Virus record (IMG/VR): IMGVR_UViG_3300017747_001103 | Span: 1-54,882 of that record | From: a virus | Lineage: Duplodnaviria > Caudoviricetes | DNA: 54,882 bases | Strand: one strand, 5' to 3' | Shown: piece after piece, positions 8,321-16,472 of the stretch | How the letters are laid out: the number at the start of each line of letters is the position of its first letter | Numbering within the stretch: position 1 is the first letter of the stretch | Position numbers and translations under genes: made by a program | The notes under the pieces: model-generated | What the model was told of the DNA's origin: nothing | The model's input: the letters and a program-made list of their open reading frames with translations, nothing else | Databases searched by the model: none

Positions 8321-8541
8321 TTCCAGTCTCCATGTTCACCGCGGTTTCCAAGTTTCCATTGTTGTTTAATATCCGATTCGAGCGTACTTCTAGGATGGAG
8401 CTCGTTCCAACCCTTTGCCCAACTACCGTCAGGTCGAACCCAACCAGCCAGAAACTTATGTGCCTCATCCCTATCTCTGATTCGCATGCGGATAACTTCT
8501 CTGACAAGGCATCTGTATTTGTGTTGTTCAACGTCATTCAA
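8317..8541 (-). CDS. Hypothetical protein
   Basis: ATGA overlap with the helicase; QWKLGNRG..GDW motif. Confidence 0.7.
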   Translation of the reverse strand: MNDVEQHKYRCLVREVIRMRIRDRDEAHKFLAGWVRPDGSWAKGWNELHPRSTLESDIKQQWKLGNRGEHGDWK

Positions 8542-9554
8542 AATTCCCCCGTCTGATCAAATGCCATTGGCACACCACCAAATCTTTCTACAAACTGCTG
8601 ACTTTCACCGTTGTACCACAAAGAAATCCACCCCTCAAACTCACCGTTCCTTTGCTTCTCACACATCAAATACATGTCAGGCACATCATCACTAATCATC
8701 TTCCCAGCCTGTATGTCATGCTCTTTCTTTTTGTTTCTGTACACCAAGAACACATTGTCTACTTGGTCTGTGATTGCACCAGTGCCTTTGATGTCTGTCT
8801 TGCTTGGCATATTCTCTTCACTGCCCAACTTTCTAATGTGATGGACTAAGTGAATGTGAATATTGTGATCACGAGCAACTGCACACAGCTCATCAATAAA
8901 ATACTTTTGATCATTGTATGCATCTTCTGCAGCCACACACTTCATTAGACTATCAATGAATACATGAGTCACACCAAGCTCAACCGCAACGTACCTAGTC
9001 ATTGCAATTACTTGCTGAGCATTAGTCGTTCCCTGTTGATCATATAGCCACAGCTTTTCATTAGAAAACCCTAAGAACCTGTCAGCAATAATCTGGAACT
9101 CAGGCTTTGAAGTTTTTTTGTATGGGTTATCAAAGTTAGTCCCAGAAAACTGACGAAGCATACGGTTAAGGGTTTGCATGGGCTTCATCTCAAAGCTGGC
9201 AATACAAACCTTTTTGTTTTGCTTGATCAACCCAAGCGCAATCTGCCCAGTGACCAACGACTTGCCACCGCCATTGGTGCCAGCATAAATCGTTACCTCA
9301 CCCAAACGGTATTGGAAGTCATCGCTAGTTTTGCCCCAACACAAGTAACCTAAAGATTCTTTGCGCTCAGGCTGATCAAACTGGTTGACCATTTCTTGCA
9401 GCCAGTGGTTGGGCTCATGCACCTGATGCGTTATGTCGTTAGTCTTTAAATATTTCTCAACATCAATATCTTGAGACTTGACAATCCGCAGGCGGCGCTC
9501 TTCGTCAAGAGCCTTAGCTCTTTCCTCGATGAAAGTTAGATTAGACGTTGCCAT
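8538..9554 (-). CDS. SF4 (DnaB/T7 gp4-like) replicative helicase
   Basis: Walker A AGTNGGGKS, SFEM, VFIDSL, HIHLVHH, DIKGTGAITDQVD, KQRNG. Confidence 0.92.
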   Translation of the reverse strand: MATSNLTFIEERAKALDEERRLRIVKSQDIDVEKYLKTNDITHQVHEPNHWLQEMVNQFDQPERKESLGYLCWGKTSDDFQYRLGEVTIYAGTNGGGKSLVTGQIALGLIKQNKKVCIASFEMKPMQTLNRMLRQFSGTNFDNPYKKTSKPEFQIIADRFLGFSNEKLWLYDQQGTTNAQQVIAMTRYVAVELGVTHVFIDSLMKCVAAEDAYNDQKYFIDELCAVARDHNIHIHLVHHIRKLGSEENMPSKTDIKGTGAITDQVDNVFLVYRNKKKEHDIQAGKMISDDVPDMYLMCEKQRNGEFEGWISLWYNGESQQFVERFGGVPMAFDQTGEF

Positions 9555-9972
9555 AGCGCATAGCCTCCGTAATTCGTTCGTGAGCTAATCTGACACGTTG
9601 ACGGTCAGAATTGGACAGACTCTTACCTTCGCTAACGTCAAAGGCTGCAATCTGCAAAATGGTTGACTCAAAATGGATAATCCGCATTAAGTCGGTTGCG
9701 TAAAAAGAAACCTTTACGGGCTTCATAGGATCGTTGTAGAGCTGTCGTTTTTCGTCAGGCGGGAACAAGTCACCTACATCCATCCCAACAGCAGCCATAA
9801 TGCTTTGGACAGAGCAATCCGCAAAGCAATGTATCAGGATGCGACCATCATCAAGCTGGCGTACAGCAAGGCTAGGGCTCTTGTCTTCGTGGGCAGGGCA
9901 GCAGGCAGTCCACGAGTCACGCTTACCTTTGACTTTAGTCAGCCGAGACAATAGGGTTTCTAAAGCGCTCAT
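9541..9972 (-). CDS. Primase-type CHC2 zinc-finger protein (no TOPRIM domain)
   Basis: CCPAHEDKSPSL...HCFADC. Confidence 0.85.
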   Translation of the reverse strand: MSALETLLSRLTKVKGKRDSWTACCPAHEDKSPSLAVRQLDDGRILIHCFADCSVQSIMAAVGMDVGDLFPPDEKRQLYNDPMKPVKVSFYATDLMRIIHFESTILQIAAFDVSEGKSLSNSDRQRVRLAHERITEAMRYGNV

Positions 9973-10685
9973 AGGATTTTGACCCCCGAAGCTTTAGCCT
10001 GACCAGAAGCTTGAGCCAAATGATTAGCTCGTTGACCACGAACCCAGTTTCTCCAAGTAGCATCCCAATCCAACTTCACTCCTTTGGCACCGGGTTGAGA
10101 AACCCAATAATCACGAAAGCTATCAGCAGTAGCCTGTGGGCTCAAATCAGTCCTATTGGTTTTGCAGAACTGGATTTGGTCTTCGTTAGGAACCCAGTCA
10201 GCAGGCAGTCGAGTTCCACGAGACTGTTTTGTCTCTACTATAGAAGATGAAGATGAAGAAGAAGATGAAGGGGTTGGTTTTTGCTTATCCTCTTGAACAA
10301 CCTTAAGGTTAACCTTACCCTTATCCATTAAGGCAGGGTTCCCACCAAGCTTACCCCCCATAGCCCTTATGTTCCTTAGGTTTTCGTCTCTAATCATCCT
10401 GCGGCTGCAGATCACACCGTCTGATGTCAAATCATAAACACCCGCCTGCTCAAGCTCGTTCAACCAACCTTCAACAACATCTAAGGTTTCCCCAACCATA
10501 CGTGCAAGGTTGGGCGCAAGGATAACCTTATCGCCAACCTTAAGATGGCCATAAGGATTACCTTCGTGCATGTAACAGATCATGTCCATCCACAGCCCAC
10601 GAGCTCCTGTTGAACAAGATCTTAGGGCTGTATCTCTAAGCCAGTCTGATGGATAGAACTGGAATGATGGACGTTTAGGCATCAT
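9969..10685 (-). CDS. Replication initiator protein (lambda O-analogous)
   Basis: RPSFQFYPSDWL N-terminus, Ser linker, C-terminal LPADW...DWDATWRNW; lies before primase/helicase; contains internal iteron-like repeats. Confidence 0.8.
   Translation of the reverse strand: MMPKRPSFQFYPSDWLRDTALRSCSTGARGLWMDMICYMHEGNPYGHLKVGDKVILAPNLARMVGETLDVVEGWLNELEQAGVYDLTSDGVICSRRMIRDENLRNIRAMGGKLGGNPALMDKGKVNLKVVQEDKQKPTPSSSSSSSSSIVETKQSRGTRLPADWVPNEDQIQFCKTNRTDLSPQATADSFRDYWVSQPGAKGVKLDWDATWRNWVRGQRANHLAQASGQAKASGVKIL
10299..10541. repeat. Cluster of AACCTT/AAGGTT hexamers, putative origin iterons
   Basis: 8 copies at 10299, 10305, 10311, 10466, 10483, 10506, 10524, 10536. Confidence 0.6.
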
Positions 10686-10875
10686 CTACCCCATCATTCC
10701 ATGCAGAATTTATTTCAACCTCGCCATCAATTACCCATTTCTGTATTCTGCGAAACTGATCTAAAGTTATATAAATAAAAACAAATTCACCCATATCTTC
10801 GCAAAACTGTTCTAAAACAATAGTTCCCGCCGCCGTAAAATCTACTTCAACACTTTGGGTACCTTTAAGTTTCAT
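10675..10875 (-). CDS. Hypothetical protein downstream of the C4-like RNA
   Basis: Probable start MKLKG at 10875 with GGAG SD. Confidence 0.65.
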   Translation of the reverse strand: MKLKGTQSVEVDFTAAGTIVLEQFCEDMGEFVFIYITLDQFRRIQKWVIDGEVEINSAWNDGVDDA

Positions 10876-10890
10876 GGCTTTCTCCAAACG

Positions 10891-10990
10891 AAAAAAGCCC
10901 TAGGCGAGACTCTCACCAATTAAGGTGTTGGCAGACTGGAAGGTACCAGCAGAGTCCCGTCTAGGGCTTACCTTAACTGCGCTGCCAAGC
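10891..10990 (-). ncRNA. C4/CI-like antisense RNA (cloverleaf terminator with upstream complementary sites)
   Basis: 19-bp closing stem 10951-10969/10895-10913, then a U run. Internal UACCUU loop and CUGCCAA linker are complementary to AAGGUA and UUGGCAG just upstream. Confidence 0.7.
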
Positions 10991-11003
10991 GCTTTGGAGT
11001 TAA

Positions 11004-11207
11004 TCATACACCGAATATGTCAGGTCGTAAAATCTTGCGGCTGACTTTACGTTTGGTATATTCCGAAATAGCCCTAGCCAATGCAGGCGAAGGCAATTTT
11101 TTCCCAGCAATAATAAGGCTAAGCCAAGTTTTACTTATCCCCAAGGTTTTAGCCATAGCTGCTTTCGACCCATGAGGTTGTTCAGTAAAAAAATCGTTTA
11201 AATTCAT
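11004..11207 (-). CDS. Cro/YdaS-like HTH regulator
   Basis: KAAMAKTLGISKTWLSLII...LRPDIF; first gene at the divergent promoter. Confidence 0.85.
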   Translation of the reverse strand: MNLNDFFTEQPHGSKAAMAKTLGISKTWLSLIIAGKKLPSPALARAISEYTKRKVSRKILRPDIFGV

Positions 11208-11230
11208 AACAAACCTTTCGTTAATGCCAT

Positions 11231-11292
11231 ATTAAACCATGACAGAATTTTTAACGCAAGGTATTGTAAGTGCAAATTAAATGATATAAGAT
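11231..11292. promoter_or_regulatory. Divergent sigma70-like promoters
   Basis: Plus strand: TTGTAA (11264), 17 bp, TAAGAT (11287). Minus strand: TTGCGT (11259), 17 bp, TGn-TTTAAT (11236). Confidence 0.6.
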
Positions 11293-11318
11293 GCAAAAAA
11301 TTAAGGAGGAGTTACACA

Positions 11319-11546
11319 ATGGAGAAAAAGGACGAGGTTAAATATTACGTAACTAAGGCTGGCATCAAGATCGGCAGTTACTACGAGAAGAAACCTACAA
11401 AAGACTTAACGTATGACATGGAGATTATTCAGTTAGCAATACTTAATGACCAAGGTTCTATCCGTCGTGAAAAGCTTAGGCGCATAGGAACTATGTTAGC
11501 TGTATGTGGTTTTCTTTTTGCTCTTATGTTAATAACTAAAAATTGA
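11319..11546 (+). CDS. Small membrane protein
   Basis: SD AAGGAGG; C-terminal TM helix; TKAGIKIG motif. Confidence 0.75.
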   Translation: MEKKDEVKYYVTKAGIKIGSYYEKKPTKDLTYDMEIIQLAILNDQGSIRREKLRRIGTMLAVCGFLFALMLITKN

Positions 11547-11553
11547 GGAATTT

Positions 11554-11730
11554 ATGGACAGCGAATATCATCAAGCGAATTTAGAGCGACAGCAGCAACT
11601 AGAAGAGGCGCTACGGCGTGCAGTGAATCATATGGCCACTGATGATGACTGGGCCATCATCTACTACGAATGTGGTTTGAAAGCCCAACAAAGGAAAGCA
11701 AATGAGTCTAATAGCGAAAGCAGAATCTAG
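11554..11730 (+). CDS. Hypothetical 58-aa protein
   Basis: Manual translation MDSEYHQANLERQQQLEEAL...WAIIYYECGL; GAGG SD. Confidence 0.6.
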   Translation: MDSEYHQANLERQQQLEEALRRAVNHMATDDDWAIIYYECGLKAQQRKANESNSESRI

Positions 11731-12346
11731 CGGCGGGTCGTTTACCCCTGTTCCACCCGGTCTTCACCTTGCTCGGTGTTATCGGATTATTGACATGGGC
11801 ACCCAAAAATCTACGTACATGGGTCAAGAGAAGCACTTGCGAAAGATCATGGTTCAGTTTGAAGTTCATTCAATTGATGACGATGGGAACCCCCTGTTAA
11901 CTGACAAGGGTGAGCCACTGTCTATATCTAAGAACTACACCTTGTCTCTTAATGAGAAGGCAAACTTATCCGTTGACCTAGAGTCATGGAGGGGCATGGC
12001 CTTTACTGCAGACGAGCGCAAAGGTTTTGAGTTGAAGAAGCTTCTAGGCGTTTGGGCAATGATCTCTGTGGCTAAGTCTACAGGTCATGATGGTAAGGAA
12101 TACACCAACATCAACAACATCAACCCAGTGCCTGCCAACATTAAGAAAGCAGGCTTACCCGATCCCCACAACGAAGCAAAACTCTTTAGTCTTGAAGAAC
12201 CAGACATGCCAATGTTTGAAACCTTTGGTAATAAGCTTAAAGAGAAGATTGGCAACAGCCCTGAATGGCAACGCAGTCAAAGTAAACAGGGCAAAAATAA
12301 AACTACTGATTCGTTTGACGATGCGTTAGACGACATAGATTTTTAG
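11702..12346 (+). CDS. Putative ssDNA-binding protein
   Basis: FTPVPPGLHLARCYRIIDMGTQ OB-like start; acidic tail ending DDIDF. Confidence 0.7.
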   Translation: MSLIAKAESSGGSFTPVPPGLHLARCYRIIDMGTQKSTYMGQEKHLRKIMVQFEVHSIDDDGNPLLTDKGEPLSISKNYTLSLNEKANLSVDLESWRGMAFTADERKGFELKKLLGVWAMISVAKSTGHDGKEYTNINNINPVPANIKKAGLPDPHNEAKLFSLEEPDMPMFETFGNKLKEKIGNSPEWQRSQSKQGKNKTTDSFDDALDDIDF

Positions 12347-12355
12347 GAGACAGTA

Positions 12356-12595
12356 ATGGCCCCAGCACACACACTGTTTGATTTCTTAAAGACGGAGTAC
12401 AACATTCCATCTGATAGGCGGTTGTGTGAGGCTTTGGGGCTCAAGCCTCCAGTGCTTAGTAAGATCAGGCATGGTGTTATTGGTATTAGTGGTGACATCA
12501 TGATTCTGATTCATGAGAAGACTGGAATGACTATAGCGGATATTAAAGAACTCATTAGCGAAAATGGAAAAACAAATACTGTCACTTCTGTTTAG
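12356..12595 (+). CDS. XRE-family HTH protein
   Basis: SDRRLCEALGLKPPVLSKIRHG. Confidence 0.75.
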   Translation: MAPAHTLFDFLKTEYNIPSDRRLCEALGLKPPVLSKIRHGVIGISGDIMILIHEKTGMTIADIKELISENGKTNTVTSV

Positions 12596-13355
12596 CCTGA
12601 TTACATCATCATCACAACCAGAGTGGCATCGAGGGGAGGCAATAGAATCATTTGGCCCTGACGTGTCAGAGCGTGCTGCGTGTATGGCTGCAGAGAATAA
12701 AGCGATCTTTAGCGTAGTAAGACAAGTAGCAGGCGAAGCTGTATCAACGTCTCAATACCAGCTGTGTAACGAAGCAAGCGAGGAAGTATGCCAAATGCTT
12801 ATCTCGTCTACGTCATACACAGAGGGCATGGTGACTGGCATGCGAAAGTTGAGTACAGAGGTATCAGGATCAAGCATACGGTCTTGTAAAGTTGCTGTAG
12901 AGGTAGCTCTTACTAAAGACAGTGGGAAGTCTGACATTGGGTTTGACCCAGAAATACGGGTATCTAAAACTCAGTTACGGGAAGGTGAACTATTCAAAGT
13001 AATAGTCAATCCAACCCAGCCAATGTTTTTAAACCTGTTTTACTTTTCACCGTATCTTGAGCGTCATGAGCAAGTGCAGTTTCTGTATCAGTTTGAAGAA
13101 GTAATTACTAGCAAGGTAGAGCTTCCTGATCTTCCATTAGTTCTTTGGGCGACTTTTCCAAAGACTAAAGTTAACGGGAACATAGCAGGCGAAGTAATGA
13201 TTGCAGTTGCAACAAAACGGCCAATCTCATTTAGGAAGACATTCTCTTTAGCAGAGTTTAACCAGAGAATTCAAGAGATCCCGAAAAGCGAAAGAAGAGT
13301 CGTCAGAATGCCTTACCTAGTGTGGGCTAAAGACAAGAGCCATAAACTTCAATAG
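12564..13355 (+). CDS. Putative secreted protein (LPP20/FlgT-N-like domain plus DUF4384-like domain)
   Basis: Hydrophobic N-terminus; LREGELFKVIVNPTQPMFLNLF and GEVMIAVATK Ig-like pattern. Confidence 0.55.
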   Translation: MEKQILSLLFSLITSSSQPEWHRGEAIESFGPDVSERAACMAAENKAIFSVVRQVAGEAVSTSQYQLCNEASEEVCQMLISSTSYTEGMVTGMRKLSTEVSGSSIRSCKVAVEVALTKDSGKSDIGFDPEIRVSKTQLREGELFKVIVNPTQPMFLNLFYFSPYLERHEQVQFLYQFEEVITSKVELPDLPLVLWATFPKTKVNGNIAGEVMIAVATKRPISFRKTFSLAEFNQRIQEIPKSERRVVRMPYLVWAKDKSHKLQ

Positions 13356-13366
13356 AGAGAATTACC

Positions 13367-13945
13367 ATGAAAAAATTATTAGCGTGGATTTGCCTTATTA
13401 CTTTAGTTGGTTGTAGTGTGTTTAAGACTGAAGCTCAAAGTGCTAAAGAAGACATAAAAAAAGAAGTCGCCAAACAGATAGACCAGATACCTGATTGGTA
13501 TCTAAAGCCCCCCAAAGATGCTGATGCCCTGTATGAGAAGGCTGCAGCTAAGTCCCGTGATGTCCAAATGGCTGTTACTAAAGCCACCATGCTTGCTAAA
13601 TCTCAGTTAGCTATCACCATCCAAGGTGAAGTCAATTCCATTATGAAGTTGTTTATGGAAGAGAACGGCCCTACTAGTGGGGCTCAGGTATCTAACAACG
13701 TATCTATAGCCACTGTCCAAGAAGCACTCAAAATGCGTATGAATGGCGTTCAAGAAGAGAAGACACAGATATTCCAAGAGGGTGATAAGTACGTTGCCTA
13801 TGTCCTTTTGAAGTACCCACTGGGTGATATGAATAAGCTAGTGGTTGATCAGATACGTCAGGACGATGCCGTCAACTCTAAGGTTAGATCAGATGAGGCG
13901 TATGACGAAATTGAGCGCAAGATTCAAGATCGAAATAAAAAATAA
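13367..13945 (+). CDS. Lipoprotein, LPP20-like
   Basis: MKK, hydrophobic stretch, lipobox LVGC; IPDWY; A..KA...AK.QLA. Confidence 0.75.
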   Translation: MKKLLAWICLITLVGCSVFKTEAQSAKEDIKKEVAKQIDQIPDWYLKPPKDADALYEKAAAKSRDVQMAVTKATMLAKSQLAITIQGEVNSIMKLFMEENGPTSGAQVSNNVSIATVQEALKMRMNGVQEEKTQIFQEGDKYVAYVLLKYPLGDMNKLVVDQIRQDDAVNSKVRSDEAYDEIERKIQDRNKK

Positions 13946-14367
13946 TGTCTCGTCCTATGTATGAAAACAACAAAGACCTAGCCAACGAAAAAGAAGTGGC
14001 GGGTCTTCTGTCAGCCAAAAATGGCTACGTATTTTATAAACTAAAAATTGCCTATCACGTTGACTGGCTAATTATGGAAAAGGGCAAGCCAAAGTATGTT
14101 GCTGAAATTAAACGCAGGCTTAATCCTAGTAATCAATACCCAACTCTTATGCTGTCATTACAGAAATGGATGAAGGGTAAAGAGATGGCTGCAGAAATGA
14201 AAATACCGTTTGTCTTGATTATTAAATGGGATGACGGAGTGTTTTTTTATAAGGCAGGCAGCTCAGAAGTTACTTATGGGTTTGGCGGCAGGTACGACAG
14301 AGAAGATTCACAAGACCAAGAGCCAATGGTTTTTATTCCAGTACATAAATTTAAGAGGATTTTATGA
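13945..14367 (+). CDS. PD-(D/E)xK nuclease
   Basis: VDWL...AEIKRR. Confidence 0.75.
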   Translation: MSRPMYENNKDLANEKEVAGLLSAKNGYVFYKLKIAYHVDWLIMEKGKPKYVAEIKRRLNPSNQYPTLMLSLQKWMKGKEMAAEMKIPFVLIIKWDDGVFFYKAGSSEVTYGFGGRYDREDSQDQEPMVFIPVHKFKRIL

Positions 14368-15128
14368 TTGCGAAAGAACACGCCGCAGAGTCTGGTCATT
14401 GGTATACCCGTGAAGGGGATCCGATGTACACAATCATGGGCAAGAGCACAGGCAAACTGAGAAACACTACCTTGCGGGATGCCAGAGAACTAAACCTAGT
14501 CCCATCAGTCAGTGGGATCATTAACGTAGCAGCCAAGCCAGCTCTTACGGTGTGGTTGCAAGAGCAGGCAATTCTTGCCGCTTTGACTCTACCAAGGGGT
14601 GAAGATGAGCTTGAGTCAGTCTGGCTAAAGCGCGTCCTGTCAGATTCTAAGCAGCAGGGCAGGGATGCAGCCGATCTAGGCACAGAGATCCACGCAGCCA
14701 TACAGGGCTTCTACGAGGGTCGTACAGCTTCTAAGTACCCACACCATGTCGATAGCTGCAAAAAGGCCATAGAAGCCTTCTACGGGGCTCGTAGCTGGGT
14801 CTGTGAGAAGTCTTTCTCTCATGAGCTAGGGTTTGGTGGGAAATGCGACATGTTTAAAGCTGACGGCGATGGAATAGTCATAGACATCAAGACTAAGGAC
14901 TTTAAAGACCTGTCTAAGCCTTTGGCATACGACGAGCACATGCTACAGCTCGCCGCTTACCGAGCAGGTCTAGGGCTACCTAGTGCTAAGTGTGCAAACG
15001 TCTTTGTGTCTCGGAATAACCCAGACTTGGCTCATGTCCACGAATGGGCTGAGGAAGACATTCAGAAGGGCTGGAAGATGTTCCAGAATTTACTTAACTA
15101 CTGGCAGCTTAAAAACAACCATGAATAA
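14364..15128 (+). CDS. PD-(D/E)xK exonuclease
   Basis: PSVSGII, GTEIH, GGKCD, IDIKTK, QLAAY. Confidence 0.88.
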   Translation: MIAKEHAAESGHWYTREGDPMYTIMGKSTGKLRNTTLRDARELNLVPSVSGIINVAAKPALTVWLQEQAILAALTLPRGEDELESVWLKRVLSDSKQQGRDAADLGTEIHAAIQGFYEGRTASKYPHHVDSCKKAIEAFYGARSWVCEKSFSHELGFGGKCDMFKADGDGIVIDIKTKDFKDLSKPLAYDEHMLQLAAYRAGLGLPSAKCANVFVSRNNPDLAHVHEWAEEDIQKGWKMFQNLLNYWQLKNNHE

Positions 15129-15312
15129 TATAAAAGCATTCCCAAACCACCGTAGCGAAGGCATGGACTTGCGTGATTACTTTGCAGCTAAAGTAATGGC
15201 TGCATCTTTTTATAATCCTTTAGAAATGACTCTTGGTGAAATAAACGAAATTACAAAAGCAGCCTATAAGGTTGCAGACGCGATGATGAAGGCGAGGGAA
15301 AACAATGAGTAA
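15121..15312 (+). CDS. RDYFAAK-family small phage protein
   Basis: GMDLRDYFAAKVM...AYKVADAMMKAR; probable start ATG 15121. Confidence 0.8.
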   Translation: MNNIKAFPNHRSEGMDLRDYFAAKVMAASFYNPLEMTLGEINEITKAAYKVADAMMKARENNE

Positions 15313-15556
15313 AGAACTACGTGAAGACGCACAAAAATACGTTGATGAAGATTTAATCAAACAAGTCTACTTCCAGTGTAATAACCAGCTTAAAGATGGC
15401 ATCTACCCTGACGAAATAGAGTTGATTGAATACTCTGAGAAGCTAATTCTTGTGGCAGGAGCTGCAATAGCTAAAGCTGAACGGGAAGAGATTCTAAAGA
15501 TTGTAGACGCCCTAAACCCTGAGATTGCTCGTGTAATACGTGAACGCAGAGGATGA
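15305..15556 (+). CDS. Hypothetical protein with degenerate EREACA module
   Basis: IAKAEREEILKIV...IARVIRERRG. Confidence 0.75.
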   Translation: MSKELREDAQKYVDEDLIKQVYFQCNNQLKDGIYPDEIELIEYSEKLILVAGAAIAKAEREEILKIVDALNPEIARVIRERRG

Positions 15557-15585
15557 AAAAAAACCCCCTAGCGCCAACTAGGGGG
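15556..15585 (-). terminator. Rho-independent terminator ending the late arm
   Basis: CCCCCUAG-UUGGCG-CUAGGGGG followed by U8, at the convergence point. Confidence 0.85.
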
Positions 15586-15632
15586 CAATCCACTGGGAAC
15601 GTCAAGCACGTTCGGGGAGTCCAGTGGCACCG

Positions 15633-16472
15633 TTATTTCTTAAATCGTTTATACATCTCAGCCGCGGGGACAGACAGTAAAGACAACGCCCCACCACCTA
15701 ACCTAGTGGCAGGATGGGGGATTAAAGAAGCCGCAGAACCAAGCGCTCCAACGCCGTAAATAGCCGCCAAGGGGTAATCTCCCTTTTGGTATGCTTCGTA
15801 GGCTTGTGCGCCCTCTAAACCAGCCCCAGCACCCATTAACGTGCTACCTAGAGGAACCTTGCCTAGCATCCTTGTGGCAGTTTTAGCGCCTTCAGCTAAC
15901 TTATTCTTAGATGCCAACTCTTCTGCCAGCTTCTTCTGTTCAGCCCAGCCCTCGATGCCTAACTGTCTACCGGGGGAAATCTTGCTACTGATCTTGCCCT
16001 TATTCTTAGCACGCTCATAAGCCTCAGCTACCTCTTGAACAGTATAGCCCTCACCCTTGCCGTAACCTGTCTTTGACATCCATTTCTGACCGGGTGCGCG
16101 GGAATCTACAACTTGGGGAGCTTTAGCAGCGTTAACTTCTCTACGACCTGCCTCCATACCAATCGTAGCTCCAGTAGCTATGCCAGCTTGCTGAGTAGGT
16201 GACAAGGCTTGTATGTCACGGATCATGCTAGGTTCAGCAGCAGTAGGCTTTGAAGGCGTAGCAGGGGCTGCTGGAGACACGTCAGAGAATGATGAGTCAG
16301 CAGGCGCTTCAGGCTCAGCTAAACCAGCTGCTTCAATGATGGCGTGTTGAGTCTCTGCGTTAGCATTAGCAAACTCAGGTGTTTTAGCTACAAACCTAGA
16401 AAAAATAACGCGCTTAGTCTCAAGGTTTGCGTTTATGTAATCAGGGTCATCTAAAATAGCTTCAGCGCCCAT
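15633..16472 (-). CDS. Putative internal virion/ejection protein
   Basis: Last late gene; Gly/Ala-rich hydrophobic C-terminal helices. Confidence 0.55.
   Translation of the reverse strand: MGAEAILDDPDYINANLETKRVIFSRFVAKTPEFANANAETQHAIIEAAGLAEPEAPADSSFSDVSPAAPATPSKPTAAEPSMIRDIQALSPTQQAGIATGATIGMEAGRREVNAAKAPQVVDSRAPGQKWMSKTGYGKGEGYTVQEVAEAYERAKNKGKISSKISPGRQLGIEGWAEQKKLAEELASKNKLAEGAKTATRMLGKVPLGSTLMGAGAGLEGAQAYEAYQKGDYPLAAIYGVGALGSAASLIPHPATRLGGGALSLLSVPAAEMYKRFKK

Noticed and set aside
8313-8537. Alternative minus-frame ORF
   Set aside because: 8317..8541 has the ATG start and ATGA coupling; this one is a shadow.
11556-11567. GGACAGCGAATA matching 12 nt of the repeated early leader
   Set aside because: It lies inside codons 1-5 of a small ORF, without promoter or hairpin context, and may be chance.
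15553-15759. Plus-strand 68-aa ORF
   Set aside because: Runs through the terminator hairpins and antisense to the last late gene.
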